Assembly (NCBI GenBank): GCA_002269645.1
Contig: NIVC01003165.1
Span: forward strand, 1-64,000
Direction of reading: 5' to 3'
Source: Macrostomum lignano
Taxonomy: Eukaryota
Length of the DNA stretch: 64,000 bases
Of the stretch, positions 22,977-35,014 are shown piece after piece. The notes beneath the pieces are model-generated. The model was not told the origin of the DNA. It was given only the letters and a program-made list of their open reading frames with translations, and made no database searches. Made by a program: the position numbers and the translations under genes. The stretch's first letter is position 1; each line of letters starts with the position of its first letter.

Positions 22977-23600
22977 AGATTCTCTTAACCTGAGGCTTAG
23001 CTCTGGTAGAACGAAGTGGAATTCTGGTTCCCTGCTTCATAGTTAGCATTCCTGCCTCAAAGTCGATAGCATTACAATATTGTTGGACAAACGTCACGCC
23101 TATTACATTGTCTACCCTCTGCGTCACATAAGAGAAACTCTATTTCTTCTTCAAAATCACCGAATGTCGCCTTAATAACTACGGAACCTTTAATTGGAAT
23201 CGGCTCTTCCGTGAATGACACGATTCTATTGTTCCACTGCTTAATTAAGTGACTATTCTTGCCAGTGAACAAGTGTTTCCAGGTTTCACGTCCTAGAATG
23301 TTCCTATTGCTGCCAGTGTCTAATAGATAAACTACCTCCTTATTTAGAATGCTGCCAGTAATATACGGATCGTAATTTCGCTTCTTAGTTGGTTCGCTTA
23401 AATTTTGTGGTTTAATTTGCTGCTTACTAGAACAAGGTTGTTGCTGTGGTGCGTGTGAAAAGTGCTGAGAATAAATATTTGGTTGATTAAATGATTGATT
23501 AAATGGTTGCGCATGCATACTGTTATACAAGGAATTCAATTCACTATTTACAGAAAAACTATCGCTGCTATTTACAGGTTGCGAGGCTACAGACTGCTGG
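22945..23600 (-). CDS. Aspartic protease region of Gypsy B (frameshifted)
   Basis: YLLDTGSNRNILG in ORF 23072-23539; continues ..NVIGVTF.. in ORF 22945-23127. Confidence 0.8.
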
Positions 23601-24613
23601 CTGTCTACTTCTGGAAAGCGTTGCCCCTACGCTTCCGGCTACTCCGTTTCCCTGATTCTTATTCTGGTACTGCTGCGGGAACTGCTGCTGCGGGAACTGC
23701 GGCGGCGGGTACTGCGGCTGGTACGGAATAAACTGTGGTGGTTGTGGAAACTGCTGCTGCGGAAACTGCGGCTGATTCTGCTGCTGCTGGCAATGCTTAG
23801 CTATGTGACCCTTTTCCCACACTTGAAGCACTTTACTGGCTGCTTCTGACCTTGGCCCTGTTGCTGGCCTTGGTACGGCTTCTGCCTAGCCTTCTGCTCA
23901 GCACTCTGCTGGTGTCGAAGCAACTCCTGGAGTACCCTCTGCTGGCTTTCTAGTGTCTCACCTTGCTTGCGGACTAACTCCCTCAAGCTACTTTCCGCCT
24001 CATCTCCTCCAGTTGCCTTGCACTGAGCTGGATCTCTACCTCGGCGAGACATGGTATACGCCATTTCGATACGTCGCAAAACTCGACGTGTCTCTTGGAG
24101 TGTGTTCGCCTGTGCTAGCAAAAGCTTTTCCCTAGCCTCTGGGGTTATCCTAACACCTCTAATAAATTGTTCCACCACTTCTTCCTGTCTTTGGTCATTA
24201 GTTAGGTGGGGAAATGCCCTATAGGCTAACTCTGTCAGCTTCTCCGCATAGTCGTCAGAGCTCTCTGTCTTAGATTGATATCTGCTGCGGAATTCTTCCC
24301 TAGCTTCTTGAGCACTACCCGCATGCGTGAATCGTTCGATGAGCCTATCCTTGAATTCAGCATACGGTAGATTAGGATCTAAATTCAGCCTTGTCACAAT
24401 AGCAAATGCTGATTGGACATCTAGATTAGATAGTAGTTCATTTTTCCAATCGGCTGCAGGTATCTCATCTGCGATACACCTTTGCTCAAAAGCCTGAATC
24501 CATACGTCTATATCTTGATTAGGCGTGTACTTTTGGATCCTAATGTGCTTTCTAATGTCTAGCCTGTCTCTAATGCCTTCAGCCAAAGCTTCTACTACGT
24601 CATTAGCGTCCAT
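23568..24613 (-). CDS. gag: Gag of Gypsy B with CCHC knuckle (frameshift inside the knuckle) and a Q/P-rich tail
   Basis: ORF 23801-24613 ends CFKCG; ORF 23568-23831 continues GHIAKHC followed by QQFPQ repeats. Confidence 0.85.
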
Positions 24614-25017
24614 TAGATTCCTGATTACGAATTATCGCTTCTGATACTTTACTATTAATTGAATTCAGTGAAACTGGGAGACTCCTGAGTCACTGATCTA
24701 CCTAGCTAGTTTAATTGGTTATTTCTAATTTTTTGTGAACAGAACTGCTAGACTGCGTGATCTCTTCACTTTTAACTGGGTCAATTATGACCTTGCTATT
24801 AATTTTGACACTATTAGCTACTAGAAGCGTTAATTCGATCTTAATCCGTTAATCCTAAGATTAGGATTATCGTATTAGTTTTAGTAATTTTTAGATTAAT
24901 TACCTTCGTACTTGATTCTGACTCTCCGAAACGTTTTATTTTGCAGGTTATATATTTTACTAATTTTTTTTGCTAGTTTGCACCAGTCTTAACTTTTTTG
25001 CGTTTCTCGGGTTTACT

Positions 25018-25037
25018 AATCCCTTAAGCTGCCACCA
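25018..25037 (-). promoter_or_regulatory. PBS of Gypsy B (tRNA-Leu-like)
   Basis: Minus strand LTR-CA-AT-TGGTGGCAGC-TTAA-GGGATT: 10 nt perfect plus a further 6-nt match to tRNA-Leu after an internal mismatch. Confidence 0.85.
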
Positions 25038-25039
25038 AT

Positions 25040-25750
25040 TGAACACGCGTGGTACCTGCGGTTTAGGCTACTGGTTTATTCTGGTTTTCTATTATTACTT
25101 CTGTTATTATGTACTCTAATTTGGTAGGTTGCTGCCACCAGACTAATGTCCCTTATAATAATAGTTTTAGATTAAAATAAGTGAGACAAGAGTCGACTTC
25201 ATGGAAGATTATTGGAATAAACAAACAAAAGAAAATGATATTATTGAACCAAATATGCAAAGATTTAAGCACTATTATTACTATGTTATTAGAACCGGTA
25301 GACTCCTGGTTCCTTTCCCTTACTTCTATCTAACTGACTGTACTAATTCCTATTCTCGGTAGACTCCGTTTTGACTAAGCGGTAGACTCCTCTTAGCCTC
25401 CCTATTTTACCCCGATCTTACCTTTTATACTTTCTTATATATATTCTGTTTATTTTATAAAGGGGAGACTCCCTTAGTCTGGCTTATTTGAGACTTAGAT
25501 CTCTTACAAACGTTGTCCAATGGACGGTCCTGAACAGGATGCTTTTCCCGAGGCCAAACAGCCTTTTACTAATAGAGAAACCCGCTAAGACTCGAATTCC
25601 CATAGCTTCAGATATTTTCCCGAAGGTGAACTACTAATAGTAGCGTAAAAGCAAAACTGCTTATTCTCGAATTCATGCTACTAAAATAATTCATCCCGAC
25701 GAATGGCAAACGCCTTAGCAAAACTGCTTGAACTAAACCCCCCTACTACA
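25040..25750 (-). repeat. 5' LTR of Gypsy B
   Basis: 711-bp direct repeat of 17059-17769. Confidence 0.95.
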
Positions 25751-26100
25751 CCCATTTAGCACCGCAGGCACTCGATCACTTTGGCGTACTTTTGGCGATA
25801 CGCACTTGGCGGGCCAGAGGCCGCCCGCCCCGCGTTAAATAAAGGCACCCAATTAACCAAGGGTATGTGACCCGTTAGTTGTACGTGCAATGTACATTAA
25901 CTATTGTATACAATAGTTATACAATAGTTACTATACAATAGTTAAATTATTGTTTCCTGGCGCGCCAGCTAAAAATGTCATTTACCGAAAGTCTCGGTGA
26001 AGCTACTTCAATATATTTTCATATGCAATCTAGGATGTACGCATACACGCAAAATTACAACAATGGATCGTAATACAGTGTAATTCATTTTCCAATACTG

Positions 26101-26337
26101 TTAGAACAGTGGAGTCCTGTGCGCGCTCAGCAACTTCTTCTCATAGTTCTCAATCATGCACTCGACAAGGAACTCCTTACTCTTCTTGTGCACCATCCGC
26201 TGCATCTGGCTAAGCCGCTCGTTGAACCACTCCAGGAGTAGTATTGAAAAGGACACGGTCAGCACCGTAAAAAACAGCAGCACACCTCGCAGGACGTCAG
26301 CAACCATGCCGTGGATAGAGTGATCGTAGATGCTCAT
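26101..26337 (-). CDS. Hypothetical 78-aa single-TM protein
   Basis: ATG at 26337; hydrophobic GVLLFFTVLTVSFSILLL followed by an amphipathic tail; GC-richer than its flanks. No family recognised. Confidence 0.4.
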   Translation of the reverse strand: MSIYDHSIHGMVADVLRGVLLFFTVLTVSFSILLLEWFNERLSQMQRMVHKKSKEFLVECMIENYEKKLLSAHRTPLF

Positions 26338-28884
26338 TTTTGTTTTACTTGAGAAACTCTTTCCGCAGGGAGTAGCGATCGACTGATTTGATTTTAGTAG
26401 GTCCAACAAGTAAATTTAATGCCTCCATGTCTTTAAGCGCTAAAAAGGTAACGAGAATCGCTTGCGGCGGTTTTGACCATAGAAATATTGTTGTTTTTCT
26501 ACCAGATTTGTTATGAAGAATTAGTTATATTTATTAATCAGCTTGATGCAGAAAATTATTCACTAGTTTGATGGTTGTATGGTTAGTTGTGTATGGTTTT
26601 GCAGCTGGTGTATAGACACAAGAACATTGTCTTATGAATGTATTTTAGTAGCCTCGCGTAATGATTTCGAACCGTTGAATAATGAGCGTACACAGTATGT
26701 AACAATTCAATATGTAGCACGTCCTGCCACCCCCGACTAATTTTTGTGCACCCTCCCTTCTTCCCATGTGGTTCCTGATGAATCATTCTTATCGCCCACC
26801 CCTGCACCTCCTTTCTATTGTTCGAAATCGTTCATGCGTGTGACAGTTTTATATATCCCTATCATCTTCCCAAAGCTTTTTCCTGCCTGTTACGTAATCC
26901 CCCATCATAAATATTTTTTTCTCGTCCAATCACACGTGTGACGAGTGTCGTTATCAGCATTGCTTTGGTAACGGAGGTCAAGGACAAGTCATGGCCTTCA
27001 ATACGAGCCATCACGTGATCGCGTGACGCGTGATCTCAGGGCTATAAATGATAGCTGTTTTGAGCCCTGAGCGGCAACCGTTTCCGTTCCGTTCTCCCTT
27101 TTCGGTGCTGAGCTGGAATTTCCCTTGGCTTTAACCTCCTGGCGCGTCTCGTCTGGACTGACCGCAGCAGCCACTGTGACAATGCGACGACCACCGCACC
27201 AAGCAGCCCTGCCCGTCGGCAGCGTCTGTAAGGTATTCTTTCTCTGATGCGCTGCCCTTGGATATAGTCAACCAGGTCCCCCCATTGCTCATCATTTTCG
27301 AATTCTCCATCTCAACTTATAATTAATTCCGATTTAATAATCAACCGAGCAGTTAAGGCCAATTAGTTTAGTGCCAATAAATTCAGGGCATTATAGCTAT
27401 CCAACTCGTTCACGTCTGTCCGTTTACCTATATTTACTATGAGACGTGGTATGAAATATGAGTAGTGAGTGCGCCTGTCGCAAGGACATTGAATGGAAGC
27501 TGAGGATCAGAGTGGAAGATCACCGAGTATCATAGTGGAAGATCACAACGTCTTAATAACTTTCACCGCTTTTAATCAAAGAAAGAAAACAAAGAAAGAA
27601 TTTTCGAGGTCTATCTTCAGTCCTTGCAGAATCACCAAAGGGCAATTAAAGGAGATGTATTCATTAAATGTGTAACTAATTGCGTTAAAAACGAAAAAAA
27701 ATTAGCTTCTAGAGGCAATGTAAACAGAAAATGGCACACATTTAACCTGCATTCTTGGTTGTTTTTATTACCATTTCATTAAAACGCGGTTCCACTTGAA
27801 AAAACTTGAAACAAAAATAGCCTCGTAGAACACCAAGTGCATGATTAGACAAACGACGCAATGTGTTTCGCTTTACTTAATCTTTGTCTGCTTAAACAAC
27901 TTATTTTATTTTACGTGCAAGTGCAACGTACTGTTACAACGCGGCAAGTTCGGCAGCCACATAAATCTCATTATTTTAACTTTTATTTTTTTCAAGTTTC
28001 CCTAAGTTTAAGTTTTCCCTAAGTTCTCTAGGTTTTTCAAGTTTTGCATAAATTTGACTTAATAAAGTTAGAACATAAAAATGTTTAAGCAGACAAGTGT
28101 AAAATTTGTAATTTAGTGTAAAAAAACTTCCTGCACCCCTGCACGAAACTTTTGCATAGGAGCTGAAATTGTTGAAATTTCATTTTTTTAAATGCCATAG
28201 ACCTAAATAAGTAAATTGTGCATATATCATATATAACAAGTGTCCTAAAATCCAAACGCCTCCTATGTTTTCTTGAATTACTTATTTTATTGCCCTTAAT
28301 TCGAAGAAAGTTTTACTTTTTAATATAATAATTTAGAGCTAAAATTAAAGTATTTAAATGCTTTATTTTTGTAATAATGGAACAATTATTACGTCTTACA
28401 TTTTTACCAAATCCTATATACTAAAAAATAGTTGTAATAGAGTATATTTAATATGTTTAAGCTTAGTTAATTTTATATTCAACTGGATATATTTACTGTC
28501 TATACTTGTGTCTTTTTATAAATAAGAGAAATGTTAACAAAACCATCTCTTTGTACATTTAGAAAAAATGAATTTAGTAGAGTTCAGTCAATTAAAATAT
28601 AGTTAACTTTTGTTTTATTCATATCATTATTATGAAGAATCAGTGATCAGTGGCACAACCAAAGGGGGGTGGGGGGGGGCGGGTTGCCTCCTTATTTTTG
28701 CCAAAATCCAGAGCCACACTCACTCCCCCCCCTGGGTCTTTATCCTCCTGAATCCACCCCCTCAACAAATGTTTGTTTGCGCTACTGTCAGTGATGGAAT
28801 ATCAGTATAACAAAGACACCTGTAAAATGAGAAACCATAGCTTGCTTTTGCGCTGCCTAATCAGCTTCCAGGCAATAGATCGGC

Positions 28885-30299
28885 ATGGGCTGCGGCGCAT
28901 CCAAATCAGTTTCCGTGATCAAATCGCAACCAATCAGACCGGCCAGCGGCCAGGCAAAGGCGGCGGGCAGTCAGCAGCAGCCGCAAGGCGGTGTTGGAAC
29001 GCCGAAAAAGCTGCCACCAATCAAGTCTGAGGCTGCGGGAACCCCGCCTGCCGGGCTGACTGTGGAGGGTGAGCGACTGCTTTGATTGGACAAGTAGTCC
29101 TGCTGTGAAGCTACTGACTTGTCGCTCTGTCCTGAACAGTAAATTTTCAACTCACAATAGGCCAAGGACCGAGTTCTGTCTTCCTGTTTCTATACTCTTC
29201 GTCAGCTGAGCTTTACCGCTGACGCTAAGCTATACCACCATAGATACTTGGCAAAAAAGCTTTCTACTTACAGTTCAGTAGCAATGAAGAATACATAAGG
29301 TATTTTATAAGAATAAAGGCAGCCGAGATGACTTTGATAAGTTTAGAAGCCAAGCTTGCAGACGTAAACAGCTTGCTAATTGGTTCAGCCATAAATGTAC
29401 ATTAGCCACTGAAATGTACAACGCAGATTTAGTCTCGAACAACCGAGGAAAGTAATAAAAATTGGGTGGCGAGTCAGGGGTAGAGATTCTGTGGGAGTTT
29501 GGGGGTTTAATCTTGAGGGGGGTAAGAGCCAATAAATGAGCCTTGTCTTTAAAAACACATTAAAATGCTTCAGTTTAACTTACTACTGAACTGAAAGTAG
29601 TTTGCACGCAAATGTGCTGAGTGGCCCATCCAGTTAGGCCTTCGATTTATTTCGCAATTTTTGGCGCACTCTACAGCTTAGAGCTAAGAGAACACTTTAA
29701 ATTAACTTCTAGCAGTTTAATTCTCTTTGATAGGTTTGAATCATCTATCCAAATGCTGTGTGTAGAAGCTGTTAAAGATACACATCGAAGATCCACCCAG
29801 TCATGCTGGTTACACCTGTACCTTGATGTGAGTGAGACAAGGGCTTCGAACTCGAGCTCCCTCGGGATAGGCGATAGGACGCAAATGGCAGGCTGCATGT
29901 GCAGCTCAATTTTCATCTGCTCAACCCTGCCCACTCCAGATGAGAAGTCTGGAAAAGGTGGAGTCGCCTTCAGCATCGCAGTGGACGGCGGCGGCGCAGG
30001 CGGCAGCGGCGGCAGTGGCGGCGGAGGCAGCTCTATGCTGGTGAAGCCGAACTCTGACATTGATAAAATATTGAGGAAGCCGCTGCCACCACGGCTGAGG
30101 GTGCGTGCAGCTTTCTGTTGCTTTTCTACGATTTTAGTTACAATAAAAACCAACCTGATAATTAAATTCTAAATTTTCCTCCTGCAGCATCTCGAGCCGT
30201 TGGACAGCGTGCCTGTAATGTCACCCGAGCAGCTGGCAGAGAAGCTGCGCAAGGCTGAGGAGAAGCGCGAGCGGGTGAGAGAAGAAAGAATGTAAAGAC

Positions 30300-30376
<77 letters not shown>

Positions 30377-31307
30377 GGCAGACAGACAGACATTATAAAT
30401 CGGAAATCACCCAACGCTACAGATGCTGGAGAAGCGGCGTCACTCCAAAGTAACCAAAAAGTCTAAAGCTCGTCGGGAGCTGCTCAAAGCGCAGGATTTC
30501 GCTGGAAACAGCGGCGCTGCCACCGCCGCAGCCGGAAGCGCCGCGAGCGTCGATCTGAGTGCCAGCAGCGGCGCCGGCGGCAACCTGGAGAGCCTGCAGC
30601 AGAAGCAGGCCAGCGCCGAACAGAAGCGGCTCGCCCAGCTGGCCGCGGTGCAGGAGAAGCAGCGGCTGCGCGAGGAGCGCGCCCGAGCGGCCAGGGAGCG
30701 CGCCAGGCTGATGAAGCAGGAGCAGCTGGAGTCCGAGCTGCAGATTGAGAAGGACGAGGCGGACGATGGTTCCGACAGTGAGTTGCTGTTATTTTGTTTG
30801 CTATTGTTTGAATTGATTTCTCAAGCTTGACATCTCAAGGTACGAGACACCTGTACTGACACATCTGAGCTCAACAATGAGTTTGTGTTTGATACGATGT
30901 GAACAAATGCACATATGAATAAAATTACTTATAATAATGCTATAAGTAGAGAGGAATGAAAATTTCCACTAAAATTCTCTGATTCATACGCAAAAATTCA
31001 AAGAAGCTGCTTTTGGCAATAAAAATGCTAAATAATCCGTCCCGCCATCCCAGCGGACTCCTGGCTCGGTGACAACGACGGTCAGGGCCGCGGCCGGCAG
31101 CGCCAGCCGAAGAACGCCGCCTCTGCGCCGCCGCTGGGCCACCAGCAGTCGCAGCGGGACAGCAGCGGCTACAGCTCGCGTGACGCCTCCAGCGCCACGG
31201 ATCCGGCCGGCCGAGGTGGCGACTCGGCGGCTGGCAGTCGTGTCCAAACCGGGAAGACAGTGTCCACCGTGCTGGAGGGCGAGCTGGACAATGACTTCTA
31301 CGACTGA
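28885..31307 (+). CDS. Stathmin-domain protein (STMND1-like) with MGCGAS lipidation N-terminus; 5 exons
   Basis: Exons 28885-29068, 29940-30100, 30188-30274, 30423-30777 and 31054-31307 join in phase through GT-AG sites; KPLPPRL and EQLAEKLRKAEEKRER resemble stathmin-family motifs; coiled-coil follows. Confidence 0.75.
30296..30392. repeat. (AGAC)n microsatellite, intronic
   Basis: About 24 tetranucleotide units. Confidence 0.95.
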
Positions 31308-32833
31308 ATTGCGCGGTTGTGAAGCGATTGAGATTTCGCTTTGGTATTTTTATAATTTGAACTTGTCGATTTTCTGGATAGAACTGTTTTTATTTCGGCA
31401 TAGTGTTCGTTGAAATAGTTGGTTTAGTCAAATCAAATTCGAATTCGCGCCAAAGCAAGACATTGTTCAACAAAGTTTTAGTTGAAAAGCATACCTTCTA
31501 AATTATTTTTAGATCGCAGAGTCACTTTTTAAAAGAATTATTTTTCAAGAGTTTTAGGCGTTTAAATGCGGTAAAAAATGTCTCCCTTTGGCGTAAATTT
31601 GAAATTGATTTCGACCTATCGAAAGACAAAGAGGAATATCTGTAGTTGCTTATATTGCGCTTTTTTGATCGTTACTTGATTTCTCGCTTGTCAAATAGTT
31701 TTACTTGTATTTATTTTCTTTATAAAATTATTGACCGTGGATTACTTTAATTTAATTGTGATGTTTAAATGGAAGATGACTGAAGTTCGTCAGAAACAGA
31801 GCAGGAGATTTAGTTTGTAGTTTATCAAATTCAATATAGATCGAGTTTTTTGCTTTGTTTTAGCGAGTGTGAAGGTGCGTGCAAATAAGTTTGAATAAAA
31901 TATTTTGTTAGAATGCGTATTACAGAATGGTTGACGCAAACATTCTGAAATCCAACTGAGGTGAGGTTAAAGCTTAATTTAGAAAAAAAAACCGTTTTTT
32001 CATTTTCTTATAACTGCAGCACCCGCCTCTTCCCGACTAATCGTCTATCTGCCTTGCTATTATTAAGTTAATTGATCTTTTGTATCTTTTAGTTAGGATT
32101 ACAGACGAGTCAGTGCCTATAATATGCTATATGCGTTTGCATTACTAACAGTAACAAGTTGCAACCGTGGCAATATAATCATTTTTGCAAGTTAAAAACT
32201 TCGGCTATTTTTTACTTTCAGAGACCTTTTGGAAGTTAAAAAGTAATTCATTTCTTATTAATTAGCACCATTCGCTGTCTTAAACTTTAAATTGAAGTGT
32301 TTTTGCTTTTTATTGTTTTTTGACTTTTTGCACCCTGCATTTTCTGCTTTTGGTGTTGTTCTCAGAAATACTTTGCTGTTGTTGTTGCTAACTGCTAATT
32401 GGTTGGCCTTGATGTCACAAGGTAAACAGCCGCTGTTTTAAACAAAATTAAAGTTTTAAATAACCTTGCAGCAATCTTAGAGACGTTTGGGTTCATTCCC
32501 AGGGATTTTTTCAGATTTTTGCATGCACGCTTCATCAAACTGCCAGGCGAACTTCTATGATTTTGTGATACCCAAACGGAGTTCTTAATTTTCAAAATGA
32601 TTCTTAATAGCGCCAAAAAAAACTAGTGAAGAGTTTAATAAAATATACCTTTTACAAAATCTAAATTGCTCAGTTGCAATATAATTTCTGCCTTTTAACC
32701 GCTTGAACTTAATGGCAAAGAGACAATAAAATGCCATGCTTTAAATATCCTTTGTTCTGGATTTGACTTTTGAGTTTACACAATCTTCACTCTTTAATTA
32801 CAAAGGAGCCTCCAATTCTGATTGGAAGCTTCT

Positions 32834-33225
32834 GATTCCCCCTGTGGCTCCCCCGATTCCCCCCTGTGGCTCCCCCGATTCCCCCCTGTGGCTCCCCCGA
32901 TTCCCCCCTGTGGCTCCCCCGATTCCCCCCTGTGGCTCCCCCGATTCCCCCCTGTGGCTCCCCCGATTCCCCCCTGTGGCTCCCCCGATTCCCCCTGTGG
33001 CTCCCCCGATTCCCCCCTGTGGCTCCCCCGATTCCCCCCTGTGGCTCCCCCGATTCCCCCCTGTGGCTCCCCCGATTCCCCCCTGTGGCTCCCCCGATTC
33101 CCCCCTGTGGCTCCCCCGATTCCCCCCTGTGGCTCCCCGATTCCCCCCTGTGGCTCCCCCGATTCCCCCCTGTGGCTCCCCCGATTCCCCCCTGTGGCTC
33201 CCCCGATTCCCCCTGTGGCTCCCCT
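32834..33225. repeat. 21-22-bp C-rich minisatellite (G-rich on the minus strand)
   Basis: Unit GATTCCCCC(C)TGTGGCTCCCCC, about 18 copies. Confidence 0.95.
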
Positions 33226-33720
33226 GATGCTGAGCACCCCCTGATTTTTTTCAGGTCAAACGTATAATTGCTAGGACCTGTTCGGTCATAATAATTACGT
33301 AATTACCGATCCTAATTGCTAAACCTGAGAATTATGTAAGACCATTTTATGACGAAAAGTTTTTGTACGGCCAAGGCAATGCGAGCGCGAAGTCATGGTC
33401 TAAATTTACACCATGAGGGCATCGCAGTAGGTCACGTGCAGATCGCGACACAAGAAAATGCTGCGTAAAACGAAACATTCTCTCCTAGAAGCAACGACTT
33501 TCGCTGCAGGCTTGCTAGCCAAGTTAATTATGGCAACGAAAACCTGACGCACAGGTGCGGGCCCAACTTTGTTATATAGCGCTTATCTCGGAGTGCGCGC
33601 AGCCGGTGGAATCGGGTATTTATAAGCTCGCATTGGCTCTTACCGCTTGTTCAGTTCGATCTTTCGAACCGACCTCTCGCTGCCTTGTCCGCGCACTCTT
33701 CTTGTCCCACTGGGCTCAGC

Positions 33721-34281
33721 ATGCCGAAGGCCTGGCTCAAGCCCGCAGGCAAATCCGGCCGCTCCAGATTGCGCGCCAGCGACAGCCAGTCAGCTGACGC
33801 AGAGGACGGAGCCGCTGTCGCCGTCGCAACCGAGACGTCAATCACTCCTCGCCAAATGCGCGACTTTTGGCAGCAGACTCGCTCCGAGATCATTGAATCG
33901 GCGCTCGAGGCCAGGGATGTCCTCTCCGGCAGGCGGGACTGCTGGCTGAGCAGCCGGAGCTCCGCGAACTCGTCCACGACGTCTCTGGTAGCTGCTGTTG
34001 AAGCTGATGTCCCAGCGGACGGCGATGCGGCTGTTGAATCAGCGCCGCTGTCCGCCAAGCGCCGCCTTCCTTTGCTGGCCCGACTGAAGCAGCTGGCGAT
34101 CTTCGGCGGCGGCAGCCCGGAGTTCCGGGCGCTGAACTGCGAGTGCTCGGCTTGGAGCCTGGAGGCTCAGGCGCCGCCCGGGGCACTGAAGCGAGGCCGA
34201 GCGGCGGCGGCACTCTGGAGGCGACCGCTGAGCTGGCTGGAGGGAGTCCGGCGGCAGAAGCGGGCCAGTCTCGACTGCTGA
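33721..34281 (+). CDS. Hypothetical intronless protein, 186 aa
   Basis: GC-rich ORF in AT-rich flanks; TATA-like TATTTATAAG at about 33617; basic C-terminus. No domain recognised. Confidence 0.55.
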   Translation: MPKAWLKPAGKSGRSRLRASDSQSADAEDGAAVAVATETSITPRQMRDFWQQTRSEIIESALEARDVLSGRRDCWLSSRSSANSSTTSLVAAVEADVPADGDAAVESAPLSAKRRLPLLARLKQLAIFGGGSPEFRALNCECSAWSLEAQAPPGALKRGRAAAALWRRPLSWLEGVRRQKRASLDC

Positions 34282-35014
34282 CTAACGGAGCACCAATTAT
34301 GTACAGCTAATAACCCCTTGTGCTCATTGGTACATCACTGCATGCTCACTTGATTATTCATTCTTGGGTGAAAATTCATCTAAATTTTACTAATAGCTTT
34401 GTAAATAGTTTAATACGACTATGCTGTATGATTTTTTAATAAATTTATTCAAGTTATCCAACAGACAGAAGCTCAGGACTGCTTGTACAAGCAGGGGAGA
34501 GCAGTGCTTCAAATTTGCTACATGTTGTGCGGCTGGTTTCTTACACACCTCTAAGCATCGAATTTAGATTAGCTTGCTAGAGTGCCCCCCCACGCAAAGC
34601 AGTTGAGTATGCAAAAAGTTCGGAATTTTATAGCCCCTCTCAGAAATACCCTAAATACCCTTCGGTGCAGAACTGTAAGGCACACATTCTTGCTCGTACT
34701 ATGGAGCTGAGAGAAGTCTAAACTACCTTTCGTATCGGGGTAAAATAGTAAAATGCTAGAGGCTGCTTGATACGAACATTTTTAAATTAAAGCTCACACA
34801 GCCAGCACAATGGAGTGTATTTTCTCTTTCAATTTCGGAGAGCATCTCGGGAGCAGCCCTCGGCCTGGAGGGGGGGGGAGGCTGCGCTCTCTGAGACCCG
34901 CATGCCCGCACTTGAGCCACGCGTATAGCCAGACTATTAAATAGATGAAGAGCGGCAGCGAACAAGCTGTGCAGTTCGGGAAGGACCCAAAGCTGCAGAG
35001 TGTTGGCAGCGATC

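Larger units (their letters stand above)
17059..25750 (-). mobile_element. Complete Ty3/Gypsy LTR retrotransposon B (8692 bp), recent insertion
   Basis: Two 711-bp TG...CA LTRs; 4-bp TSD CCCA (17055-17058 and 25751-25754); PBS; PPT; gag-PR-RT-RH-IN plus an extra ORF. Confidence 0.97.

Noticed and set aside
23812-23818. Programmed -1 frameshift at GGGAAAA in Gypsy B gag
   Set aside because: The heptamer is out of phase for X XXY YYZ slippage and falls inside the zinc knuckle; a missing base in the run is simpler.
30080-30091. Another PBS-like CCGCTGCCACCA
   Set aside because: It lies in a coding exon (KPLPPR) of the stathmin-like gene. It is treated as chance, and it shows that single short hits are weak evidence.
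32763-33267. Pro-rich and Gly-rich ORFs
   Set aside because: They are translations of the C-rich minisatellite in several frames.
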